Assembly: GCA_907165135.1 (NCBI GenBank)
Contig: OU015568.1
Span: forward strand, 14,508,001-14,572,000
Direction of reading: 5' to 3'
Length of the DNA stretch: 64,000 nt
Source: Oikopleura dioica
Lineage: Eukaryota > Animalia > Chordata
Part shown: piece by piece, positions 42,585 through 54,948 of the stretch
How the letters are laid out: each line of letters opens with the position of its first letter
How positions within the stretch are numbered: the first letter of the stretch is position 1
Program-made: the position numbers and the translations under genes
Notes under the pieces: model-generated
Told to the model about the DNA's origin: nothing
Database searches by the model: none
What the model saw: only the letters and a program-made list of their open reading frames with translations

Positions 42585-45163
42585 TTAGTGGAAGAAAACC
42601 AAACTGACGCCTATGAGTGCGGAGATAATAGCGGCATCGGCGCCAGATTCTTCGTTTACATTGTCAGTTCCAGAACCAGGGGAAGATTGAGCAGTAGTGC
42701 TCGATTCTTCAGTATCGTTATCAGATGCAGATCCAGTTAATGATTCAGTAGGCGCGATGACTACTTCGGTGACGTTGTCAGTTCCAGGCTGAAGAGAAGA
42801 TTCCGTAGTGATGGCGGATTGTTCAGTTTGATTATCAGCTCCCAAAGTATTTTCTACAGCGGCGACGAGGTTCGCTGTTTTGCCATTGGTCCTGTTACAT
42901 GAAGGGTAAATGCAGTGTGTGGTCTCAGAATTAACGTTTTCAAATCCAGCAACGGGTCTGAATTTCGAATTCACAAAAAGAGCAAGTAGATTAGTACGTA
43001 CTTAGAAGAGTCTTCATGATCACCCTTGTTGCAATCTCGTTTGATGCCGTAGTAGTTCTGTCCGTTCAAAGTGTAAGCGGTCTCGGTGGTGGAGCAGGAG
43101 GTGTAGGACAGATCAGGGCACTCGACTGCCTTAGCGGAAGATGGGATAGTGTAGCAAGGGCCTAGAATAATGTTTATTGCTGGGTTTTTATGGCAATTAT
43201 CTACTTTCAGGGTCAGTATTTCCAACTGGAGTCTCGCAATAGTAACACCGGAGAAGACGGGATGACTGAGTTGCGATCTCGAGGGTTATATCGTCTCCTT
43301 CGACAAAGCCGTTGCAGAGAGTGCCGTTGGTGTAGTCGCAAACTCGGTTGATCTGAGAAATCCCATAGAGATCAGGAACAGGAGTCTCGTTATTATTTAC
43401 GGCCATCTGGGTGTCACACCCGCGTTTAATGTACCAGTGGAAGGTTGTAGCTGGAGATTTCATTGTGCCAGTGGATTCTTTGTATTTATAAGCAGAGACG
43501 AAGCATTTGCCAGTGCAGAAGCCGGATTTTCCGGTAGTTGAGGAGTTGAGGTCAGCGACGGGCTTGACTGTTTGCCAGCAGAAAGAAGTGTCCTTCTCTT
43601 TGACAGAGTCGTAATCGATTTCAGCTGGGTTGGCTAGATCAACAGTGATTGAAAAGGAGGATTCGCAAGAGTAGCAGTCAAATACTTGGGCAATAGAGAT
43701 AGAGCGGGAAATTCCAGTGTTACCAATCTTAGATATTGATCGGTGATTGTACTGCTTGATATTAGTCCATCCGTCTGGGACAATGTAGTCATCAGCGTGT
43801 TCCTGTTCCAAAAGAACTCCATCATCAGGATTAGGAGCGCAGCCTCGTTTTGCGTAATAGTAAGTTTCAGTTGCTTCTTTTCCCAGCCTAAAGTTCGCAG
43901 TAATTGCGGCACATGCAAGTGTCATGCATTTGACTCGGCCTCCAGTCTTAGCGTTCACACAGTGATCGTGTTTGTCAGTGTTTGCAACGGGAGATGCACA
44001 TGCAAGACATTCGAGTTCATCCGTAGAGCCAGATACTGGAGGGACATCAGGGGCTCCAGAACCGTCAGATGACATATATTGTGGTGTGAGTGGTCGAATA
44101 TTGATGTCTGCATGCGCTGCAGCGAGTCCGTCGTTGGAATAGTCAATGCGCGTCGAAACATCAGCATCCGGAAATTTGGCATTGTCCCTAGCCTTCGAGA
44201 CAGTATTTGTCGCAGCATAGAATCGAACGTACATGTTTGCAACAAGATTTCTGTTGTTTGGGCTTACAGGAATTCCATTTGTTTGGACTGTGGCTTTATC
44301 GGTAGAAGATGCGCAGCCACGAGAAATAACAACCCAGTGACTTGTTTCAACCTTTGCTTCATTTTGTGTTTTGTATTGCCATGTTTTGGTCATGCAAAGA
44401 CCATTATGCGGACTGCAATATGTAAATGGATTTCGTACAACCTCTTTGCATGATCCATCCACGGTGCAAATAGTCCTGGGAGGCACTTCTTTGGATGGGT
44501 TCCAACATGGCATTGTGATTCGAGACGACTGAAGAGGAGCACTTCCGAATATTTCGGCATCATTGCATACCACACATTGGATTGAGTCGACGGTTTGTAT
44601 ATCGACTTTTGAGATATCACCGCTTGTGAATGGGTCTTCTCGACCATCTCCCATAAAAAAGCACCATTTCGACCTCGTTCGACGAAGCTGCTTAGCACGG
44701 AGACGCCATCGAGGTTTTTTTGCTGAACTGAGTTTGCAATACCCTTGACATCCTCATATCCATCAACATTCACTCGCGAAAGAGAGACATTCGAATCGGA
44801 GACGTATCGTTTGACACCAAATACGATTCAATAAATTTAAATTAAGATGGAACGTAGAAAGTAATAATAGTTATAAACTTACTTGTTGCCAATATCTTTT
44901 ACTTCAAACATGAAGAATATAGCAACGCAGTATTTATCAGCATCAGATGAGTCGCTAACAGTGTAGCCCTCAGAGTTCTTGGTCCTCAGAGGCTCACTAC
45001 ATGGAATAGCGGCTATTCCTTCGTCTAAATCACCTCTTAGCTGAGCAAGCGCATCTACTTCGGTATCCGCAACTCCGACGTATTCACAAGTTACACATCT
45101 ATTCAGGGGAGACACAGCATAAATGCAGCTCGTTAGAACGGCAAAATATTTGAAAAGCTTCAT
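42585..45163 (-). CDS. Multi-domain Ly6/uPAR (three-finger)-like secreted protein with a GPI-type C-terminus
   Basis: Signal peptide MKLFKYFAVLTSCIYA; about five Cys modules starting CxxC and containing RGC/RDC; Ser/Thr-rich stalk; C-terminus AIISALIGVSLVFFH*. Confidence 0.68.
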
Positions 45164-45685
45164 ATTATTATGAGATAAACTTGATCAACTTTCGATCGAC
45201 GATTGATTATATACGCCGCTGGTGTCCATGGTCACAGAAAAGGCCACAAAACGTGAAATCTTGGACGAGAAATAGGAGTAAAGTTTAGCGATCAGTTTTC
45301 TTTTGAACAGCGTCAAGTTCAGAAGGAATCCATGGCGCAAAACAGTTGAATTTTCCGAACTTTTTCCTTACCTCGATATAATTCATATCATATGAAGCAC
45401 AGCCTTGCTTTCCAGGCTGTCGCTTATTAAAAAATTAACTGATAGGTCGGATTGTCTTCAGTTCAAATGGATTTTCAGCTTAGAAAGCTTGCAGCTCTGC
45501 TTTCTGGATTTTTCGATTTCAACTTTCAACTTATAGATTCATGAATTTATTGAACGTTTTACATTATTTTTGGCATGGTTGGAATTTTGATTTGTTGAGG
45601 TTAGGAATGGACGATTGCATGGTACAGTGCTAATTTACAGTAAATCTCTGTTAAAACAAATAATAGGCTTTTAGAAGCGTTTGCG

Positions 45686-48244
45686 TTACACCAATTCTTC
45701 AGCATGAGTTGGGCTTAGCGACGTTTCCCTCACTGGAACAGCGGGTAGCGGTTTTCTAGGCGCAGGAACTGGAGGCGACATCTTTTTACCACGGTTTGAT
45801 TTGTAGCCGGCTTTGGTTCTCGAAAAATGATCTCGCTTGAAGGAAATATTTCCTCTTCTTGGAAGGCTAGATTTTCTTCCCTTTTTCGTCTCAGACTGAA
45901 AGAGAGAATGAATCAAAAGTGAAAACTGGGTCAGTTTCATTACCTCACGGTGACCTTTGACGAATTGGTCGAATCGACTCACTAAATTAGCAAAAGTCGG
46001 TCTTTTTTCAGTCTCATCGTGCCAACACTCCATCATTAGCTCGTACAACTCAGGAGTGCAATCATTTGGCATTTCTAACCGCTCCCCATTGAGCAAATAA
46101 GCCTTCAGACCTGAAAAAGCCGTCATGGAAAATAGCAAAGGAGGGATTTTCGCTTACCGGCCCAGTCGCTGAGAGCTCCGTATGGCATTGCTCCTCTCGT
46201 GAAGATTTCCCAAGTGAGAATGCCAAATGCCCAGACGTCAGACTTTTCCGAGAACATACGCTGCTCGAGAACTTCAATGGCCAACCACTTCAAGGGGAGC
46301 TTTGTTTGGCTTTGAGCACTGAAGCAGCTCATTTAGATTGATAATTTTCTATTTACTACTTACACATATTCTTCCTGGTAAAGATTTTCGAAAGTCTTTG
46401 ACAAGCCAAAATCGGCTATTCTCAAGTTGATCCTGTTGTTGTCCATGCTTTCTAAGAGGCAGTTTCTAGCGGCGAGATCTCGATGAATAACGCCTTGACG
46501 GACGAGATAATTCATTCCTTCAGCCGCTTGTTGACAGAATTTCAGACACTAGAGAAGAAAAATTATTCACTTAATTTAGCGTTTAGCTCTTACATCACGA
46601 ATGAGAAGCTCGTTCTCGTCATTTTTGACATAGTTTCTTAGATCGCCACAATCCATGAGAGGCAGGATCATTTCCGGCTCAGCACAGCGGTTGAAAGAAA
46701 CACCAATAAGTTTCATGACATTGTTATGCTCGAAATTGCTCATTTGGATGGCTTCGTCAAAGATCGCTTTTGCATGTTCGCCGTCAAAATATTCGCCGGC
46801 GCTTCCTGTTCCTGGATAACCACTGCCGCTTCCCTGGTAGGTTGCATAACCAGGCCCATTAATTCCATTACTGATCGCTGTTTTCATCGTTTTAATGGCT
46901 ATTTTATGAATCGTAACTCCCGCGTCATTTTGTAATGTACCCGCGCGGGTTGTACCAAAAGCGCCTTTGCCCAACTCACGACCGTCGCGCTTTATTTTGC
47001 TTAATGAATTGCTTAGTGACTTTAATGAGCGAATGATTGTACCTTGGGTCGATGTAGATTTTCTTGAGAATTTTCTTCTGAGGATCCGGCATGCAACTCA
47101 TAATGTGCTCGAATGCTTCTTGTGGTCGATCATCAGACAAAAGCTTCATCCTTTCAGCCTTGTTGATCCCCTTTTCGATTTCTTTATTCATGTATCGTTT
47201 GATAAAAATGATCGCTAGAACTCCACCAGCGACAAAAATGAGGACCAAGGCGCCGATGAGAATTTTTGTATGCAGTGGCCAGTAGAATGAAATCGTGGAA
47301 GGTGTGTCCACAAACTTGCTATCATGGTTGTAAGGAGGACCAAACAACATCGAAAATTGCATCGAAGGGGCTCGTTTTCCACTGTCAGGGATTTTTATTT
47401 GGTAGAATAGTTCTTTCGCTTGTTCGTAGCTGGTAGTTTTCAAGTCAGTGTTTGCTAAGACTTTCCCATTTCTGCATATTTCGTTCTCCTTGTATTTTTC
47501 GTTAATGCAGTAGAAATTCTTATAGGTTTGCGAAAAGTAGTACTCGTTTTTCTTGTCTTTATTGTCATCCACGTTGCTCAAGTTGAAGACGAAATGATCC
47601 ATCCAATGCTTCATCGTTTTTTCCCAGGCATCAAAGTTATCTTGATCTAGGTCTCGATTTAACTGCTTTGTAATTATCAAATCGCCGTTCTTTTCGATGC
47701 TATATTTCGATCCTTCAGTTCGAAATTTGTAAAGCTCGAAGTTGTTCAAGTTCACAACGCGCACATCTCCAATCTTGCAATCTCGTGAATCTGCGAAGAT
47801 CTCAGCGTCGTCTTTTCTTTCTTTGAAGTTTTCATCCGTGAAAGCAAAAACGCCGGTGTTAGTTCCGGATATCCGATGATAGTCGATCTTCTTCTCCACC
47901 GCTTCGGCTTTTCCATCAGTTACAATAAAGTAGCCTTTTCTCGCGTCGAAAATAAGCCTGTCCCTGATTACTAATGTCTTTGACAGAGAAAAGAATCTTG
48001 AAAAAGTGCTAAACGTTTTTGACGCGTTCCTACAAAAACCTCTGTTGGATTAAAATCTCTTGGCACTTGACATGCAATAGACATTTCGTCCGCTCTCGTT
48101 ATCGTGGCAGCCCCTTTTTCTAGCTCCTTGCATATTGGCTTTCCACAAAAACTGTCTTCAATATAATTTTAAAAAATGTTCTTGAATAAAAATCCTACTT
48201 TGCTGAGCGGCGACCAGCCCAACTATCGCCGCTAGAATCTTCAT
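45686..48244 (-). CDS. Receptor tyrosine kinase copy B, paralogue of copy A
   Basis: Signal peptide [15 protein letters not shown]; same exon structure, TM segment and kinase motifs as 39158-42017. Confidence 0.88.
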
Positions 48245-49220
48245 CACGCCCTAAGAGGCGACGACCACCAGATTTCTTTCTCTCTTGAAAATTGATGAGT
48301 TCTGCTTCTGTGTGCCCGTCTCTCTTTCTCTCTAAAATCGAGTGCTCGCGGCGTGACTCACGACCATTTTCATTCAAAAGGAATCTTTTTACAATGCCGA
48401 TGACGACGAAAATAAAGCCCTGGCTGGAGGCGCTTTTTTACGCCGTTTTGCACCGCCAAAATCGCTTTCCGCTTTGTCGAGCTCTTCTTCAGTTAATTTT
48501 ACTTGCTTACTGTTTGCTTCTTATTCTGAATTTGCAATCAACTGGAGCTGAAAACACTCAATCACTCGGCGGCGAATTGGAAAAATTGATTCACCCAAGG
48601 GTTAGTTTGCTCTGAGGCTAAGCTTTTTAATAAACGAAATAAACGCGAAAGGTAATCAGATGAAGGGGATGTTTGGAAGGAAGATTGGTTTACTATCGAG
48701 CTGACGAATTAACTTCTTCAGAGATCTTTTATTTGTTGAGTTCAAAAAAGGAACGTGTGGATGGTCAACTTGAGCTTTCCGTCTGTCTCTTGAATATGTA
48801 ATGGCTTATTTTTTAGAAGAGTCAATAAATTGAAGCACAAGCGACGGTCAAGTCAAGAACTTGACGGTCAAGTGACCTACATACTGACTCAAGTCCTTGA
48901 CCATTACAGTAATGGCATTACTCGGAGGTCAAGTTTTTCCACATACTTCAAATATGTTAGTGAATTAATTTCATAAAAATAAAACGAAGCATGATGAGCT
49001 GCTTACTTTTTTGAGTCAGAAGAAAACGCTAAAATCGAACGTTTATTTTGGATCAAAACGAAGCTCCATTAATGATATCTTGTTCAACGAATGGTTTATT
49101 AGAGTAAGTACGAGACCCACGTTTCGAGATTTATTTTTACTCAAAATATGCTCACGTTTGAAAGTGCATTTAATGGAACGGTTCTGATCACTTTTCATTA
49201 CATTTTTTCAAAAAGCAAAA

Positions 49221-51059
49221 ATGAAGCTTTTTTCAAATTTGATCGGATTTTTGATCGCAGAGAATAAAGCAAGGCGGCCGAATGTGATCCTGATAAATTG
49301 CGACGACTTCGGAATCGGCGACTTCCAGATCTATAACAAGGCGGCGAAAGTACCAACGCCGAATATAGACAGACTGGGAAAAGAGGGAATCAAGTTTCTT
49401 GATGGACACAGTGCTTCAAGTCGATGTGCACCAAGTAGGTACGGGCTCATGACCGGAAGGTACAATATGGAGGACAGTGAATTCCGAAAAATTCTTCCAA
49501 ATGAGCCGCAGCTCGCGAAGATGTTCAAAAAGAAAGGATACAAAACAGGAATCTTCGGGAAGGAACAACCGCTAAGCTTCAATCTGAAAAATCGCAACGC
49601 TACTGCGGAAGACTACAGAGAAACCAGACGACTTGACAATGAGTTCAAGGAGAAAATGGCCGAACTTGGAAGAGGTTTCCCCAGGTTGCGTACAGCCAAC
49701 AGAGTTCCCGGGATTTACGAGATGGAAATCGGCCCCCAAGATCACCAGTACGATTACTCCTTCACGCATAGCTTCATGTGTTGCCAGCCTGGCGGCTTCT
49801 ACGAGAATGGAAAGGGAATCGAACCAGTCGACACCTGGGTCAAGCAGCACCCCTACCCAGAACATACTCCAAAAGACGTCAGTCCTTTCAATCCTGAATG
49901 GGGTGGCTGCAGCACTTTCCCCGTCACAGGTTACATGGGCGGTCCCGGGCAGTCCGAGAAATTCGATGAGGAAACGGATGATCTCCCAATTTACTTCTGC
50001 AATTTTCCCCGACAGCAGCTGGTTATGAAATCCTTCGATACGAGAAATGCCGAAGAAATGACCATCCCAAGGCTGGAAAAATTCATCGATGATAACCACG
50101 AGGACGAGTTCTTTGTCTACTACGGCATGCGATCTGGACACGGACCATTCAACACCCCTTTGCGCTTCCGAAACTTGACGGAGGTCGGAAATTTGGGAGA
50201 AATGATCATGGAGACGGACGAAATCATCGGAAAAATTCTCAACAGACTCGATGCACATGGAATCGGTGATGATACTCTAGTCATGTTCATGAGCGACAAC
50301 GGACCAGCAGTTTCCGCGCAAGAAATTCAAGCCACCTTTGGTCACAATCAGCGACGAATTGACCTGCCCAACTATTGGGACGGTGGTATCCGAACAGTTG
50401 AGCTCTCTGGAACCAAAAATAGCCAAGGAGAAGCTGGCCACCGCACGCCGTTCTTGTGGCGATACCCGAGACGTTTTTCACCAAAGACTCTCGATGACCC
50501 AAAAGTTCCAGTGTCGACAGTTGACATTTACGCTACCCTTGCAGAACTGATCGATTACGATTTAGGAAAGTGTTTTACTTAGACAAAAGTTGCCAAAACC
50601 TATCGATAATCGAGAAAATCTTTGATCTGAATATTTAAAACACCAATCAAGATTGCAACGAGGCCCCTGATAGTAGAAGTCTAGTCAACTACATGGAAAC
50701 TGGCGAAGCCAATTTAGAACTCATCAAAAAGCCAGTCTTGACTCATGCAAACATTCGAGGACTAAACGCGTCTCTGAGAAAAGAGAATTTCAAATACATT
50801 CCCGGATCGCGAGAACTCTACAACATCAAATACGACCCTGAAGAGAAAAATGTAAGTTCAATAATGTAAGCAAATCTATAAAAAATTATTTTAGAATCTT
50901 ATTGACAACGAAGGCACGCAAGATTTTGTTGCCTACCTGGACGACTACTTGAGCGATTATCTTGACCACTTGGAAAAGCGAGAAATCGCAACAAGAAAGG
51001 GCGCTGAGAAGGAGTCCTGTTATCCCCAATTTGTTCGTTTCAACCAGTGGGCTATTTAA
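49221..51059 (+). CDS. Formylglycine-dependent (S1) sulfatase, copy 1, 3 exons
   Basis: RPNVILINCDDFG, TPNIDRL, CAPSRYGLMTGRY (CxPxR), TLVMFMSDNG, EAGHRTPFLWRYP, APDSRSL, ELYNIKYDPEE. Confidence 0.92.
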
Positions 51060-51377
51060 TTTAACTGTCTGTAAAATAATAAACAAGAAATATCTAACTG
51101 GACTGTTTTATTTTTGAAAAGAGTAGGAGCAACTTAGTCTTGAAGTCAATTTTGTCGCTCTGTCAGAAGCACCTTTTACCCGAGGCACATTCACCAATTC
51201 ATAAAAATGATGTTTATCAGGTCGTTAATTTTTCATGAGTTGCCTCATATGATATGACTCATAAATACGGTACTCGCAGTTTATACTTTGTTTTTATCCT
51301 AAACATGTTCACGTTTCAAAATGCATTTAGTAAACCGCCCCCGATCACTTTTCATTTCATCTTTTCAGAAAGGAAAA

Positions 51378-53066
51378 ATGAAATTTTTTTCGAATTTGAT
51401 AGGCTTTCTGATTGTAGAGAATAGAGCAAGGCGGCCGAATGTGATCCTCATAAATTGCGACGACTTCGGAATCGGCGACTTTCAGATCTACAACAAGGCA
51501 GCGAAAGTACCAACGCCGAATATAGACAGGCTCGGAAAGGAGGGAATCAAGTTTCTTGATGGACACAGTGCTTCAAGTCGATGTGCACCAAGTAGGAACG
51601 GATCATGACCGGACGGTACAATATGGAGGACAATGAATATCGACAAATTCTGCCTGGTGAGCCACATCTCGCGGAGATGTTCAAAAAATCAGGCGGTTGT
51701 TCAAAATCAATGACTCATAAGTAACCCTTTCTTTGCTACAGAAATCCTTTCTTAGATTTACTGCTTTCTCTTCATCTTTTTATCTTGGATGAGCACAATT
51801 AATTTTAACCACCAATGAGGATACAAAACCGGCCTCTTTGGAAAAGAGCAGCCACTGAACTACTGGCTTGTCAATCGCATCGCAACTGCCGAGGATAGAA
51901 AAGAAACCGAACGCCTAGATAACGAGTTCAAAGAGAAGATGAACGAGCTAGGCAAGCGCTACCCGAAATTGCGCACAGCCAACGATTTTCCCGGAATTTA
52001 CGAAATGAAAATCGGTCCTCAAGATCACCATTATGATTACTCTTTTACTAATAGCTTCATTTGCTGTCAGCCAGGAGGTTTCTATGAGAATGGAAAGGGA
52101 ATCGAACCAGTTGACACCTGGGTCAAGCAGCGCCCATTCCCAGAACACACTCCAAGAGAGGCAAGCTCTTTCAATCCGGAATGGGGTGGCTGCACCTTCA
52201 ATGGCGTCTCAGGTTACATGGGCGGTCCTGGACAACCCGAGAAATTCGATGAAGAAACGGAAGATCTCCCAATTTACTTCTGCAACTTTCCTAGACAACA
52301 ACTGGTGATGAAATCCTTCGACACTCGAAATGCGGAAGAGATGACCATCCCTAGACTGGAGAAATTCATTGACGATAATCACGAGGACGCGTTTTTTGTC
52401 TACTATGGCATGCGATCTGGACACGGGCCTTTCAACACTCCTCTACGTTTCAGAAACAAGACGGAAGTTGGAAGCTTGGGCGAAATGATCATGGAGACGG
52501 ATGAAATCATTGGAAAAATTCTCAACAGATTGGAAGAGCATGGAATCGCCGATGATACTCTAGTGATGTTCATGAGCGACAACGGTCCAGCGTCTTTTAC
52601 ACAAGATTTCGTTTCCAAATATGATCACAATCAGCGACAAGTTGATCTGCCTAATTATTGGGAAGGCGGCACTAGAACAGTTCAACTAAAAGGAAAGAAA
52701 AACACTCAAGCTGAAGCGGGTCACCGGACACCATTCTTGTGGCGCTATCCAAGACGTTTTGCGCCAAAGACTCTTGATGACCCAAAAGTGCCAGTGTCGA
52801 CAGTGGACATTTACGCTACTCTCGCAGAACTCATCGATTACGATTTAGGAAAGTGTTTGATTTTGAGAAATACAGAAGCTCTTGAAGTATAGTTTATCAA
52901 TACGCAATACGACAACGAAGGTACGCAAGATTTCGTAGCCTATTTGGACGACTACCTGAGCGATTATCTTGAGCACTTGGAAAAACGAGAAACCGCAACA
53001 AGAAAGGGAGCTGAAAAGGAATCCTGCTATCCTCAATTCGTTCGCTTCAACCAATTCGATTTTTAA
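51378..53066 (+). pseudogene. Sulfatase copy 2: tandem duplicate with a frameshift near 51600 and loss of the penultimate exon
   Basis: Closely parallels copy 1, but reads AACGGATCATG versus TACGGGCTCATG and has no counterpart of 50652-50851. Confidence 0.65.
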
Positions 53067-53276
53067 TTCTGTGAATTTTAAACTCTGTCAAGAAATATAT
53101 AAAACAAATATTCTGAATTTGCAAAGTTTATCAAGAGGAATGTTGTTTAGGATGAACCGTGAACAGGCATAGTTTTTTAGATCTTTGATTGTACTAAATT
53201 TACATCAGAACGCAGTCATTATTCTTCTTTCTTCTCCTTCTGAAAAACATACTCGAGGCAAGCACAGTTTCAATTC

Positions 53277-54085
53277 TTACCGTCTCGGGGGTGGAAAATA
53301 CGGGCGGCAACGAAGCGCATTTTGATAAATTGGATCATGAATGGGCGCGTTGGCTTTGACGAGGTAGTAGTGTATGACAAGGGGGCCAAAGTGACCTGGT
53401 TCGGAGTAGCGAGGCATTCCCCATTCTGGAAGGGTGATGGTTCCAAAAGTCTCGACAGAACCAGCTTCAGGCTTGAATTCGAAGATCTGAATTTGACCTT
53501 TTTTGTGCTATTTTAGGTGCATATTTTCGGGGAGAATGCTAGAATATCTTGAATGTCTAGCGCGTTCCTGTCAAATGTCTGTATTCAAAAGGCTGTCCGA
53601 ATCGAGCCCAATTTCTATCAATCAGAATGTTGACTTCTAATTGATCTCCCGTCCTCGTCCAAGAAGTAGCAGGAAGTGCTCGTATGGCGAAAATCACGTG
53701 GCCAGGAGCATAACGATATTTTTCGTCGCCATCGTGTTCGAAAATGATTTGGTCCCCATCGTCAGATCCTGCTTGAACATTGACGAGGAATTCGCGATCG
53801 ACGTTTTCAAAACGCCCGCTTCTTCTGTAAGTTCTTATTGACATAACGACAGGACATGTGACGCCGTAATAAAGATCCCTCATTGAAAGCTGAAACAAAA
53901 TGATTTAAAATAGCGGGGCAACTCCTACCTCAAGATTGTGATAAACGTCCTTGTATCTTCGTTGCCTACCGTAGTCTCTTCCAGAGGAGATTCTAACGAC
54001 TCGATTAGGTTGGGGAGCTCCCTCTGGAGCGCGAACGTATCGGGAGGATCGACCATATCCGGATCTTGTGTAACCAGTATACCCA
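53277..54085 (-). CDS. DnaJ/Hsp40 C-terminal peptide-binding domain exons; J-domain not located
   Basis: DVYHNLEVSMRDLYYG-like segment, VNVQAGSDDGDQIIFEHDGDE, APGHVIFAI, TLPEWGMP..GPLVIHY. Confidence 0.65.
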
Positions 54086-54224
54086 CTAAATAGGACATTT
54101 ATGAGGATGATCGTCAATCAATGAAAAACAATTTTTAGCTAATCAAGAGGAGAGTCTCTTCAATTCGAGATATCCGACATTTTTTTTTTGACTTGAAAAT
54201 ATAACCCCTATTTTCAACTTATTA

Positions 54225-54948
54225 CAGTGAAAACCCATTTTAAGGCCCACCCTTTTAAGGCCACTTTTTCGGAAAATCCCAAAAATCTGTCATCCTAAAA
54301 AAATCCACTTTAAGGCCACTTTTTTTTCAAAATCCGAAAATTACAGTTTCGGTTGAAAAAGCTGGTTATCTTCGACAGTGTCTTCGGCCATTTTGAAGTC
54401 GATGGCTTTTCAGTGTCGGCATTGTCTGTCACTTGAACTTGAGGGACTTCTTCAATCTCCATTAGAGTCCCAGGACGTGTTTCATCAATTTTAAGCGCCA
54501 GAAAATGCTCCAATTCTTCTTCTTGTTTGTCCAGAACATTTTCTGCAACATCGAGATCTTCAAACTGCTCGATTTCTTCTCGAAAATAATCCTTAGAAGT
54601 AGCCCTGTTTTGATCCATGATCGCTTAAAGATTGCTTGGTTCAAGTGCATGAAGATTTTGATGGAGATTTTTGATCATTTTCTCTGACATGTTGGCGGAA
54701 AAATATTTTTGAAAGAAAGAATCACCAAGAGTCCAATTTAAAGAACATATTTGGAATCATACTTGGTTCGGGCGATAGAAACATGCGGTAGACTCGGGCC
54801 TTCCCCTAAAAACCCTTATGATTCACTTTTGTCCCAAAAATATGGGAACATCTGTTGTCATCCGACGCACTGCAAAAAATATCCATTTTAAGGCCACTTT
54901 TGAAATTCCGTGTCATCCAAAAAGTGGCCTTAAAATGGGTTTTCACTG
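54225..54948 (-). mobile_element. Internally deleted pogo/Tigger-like (Tc1/mariner superfamily) element
   Basis: TA flanks, perfect 23-bp TIR CAGTGAAAACCCATTTTAAGGCC, and subterminal TTTAAGGCCACTTTT repeats. A minus-strand remnant IFKRSWIKTGLL..SKITSFF resembles pogo transposase C-termini. Confidence 0.8.

Noticed and set aside
48292-48615. 107-aa hydrophobic ORF divergent from RTK B
   Set aside because: TTG start, no homology recognised, and no downstream exons found.
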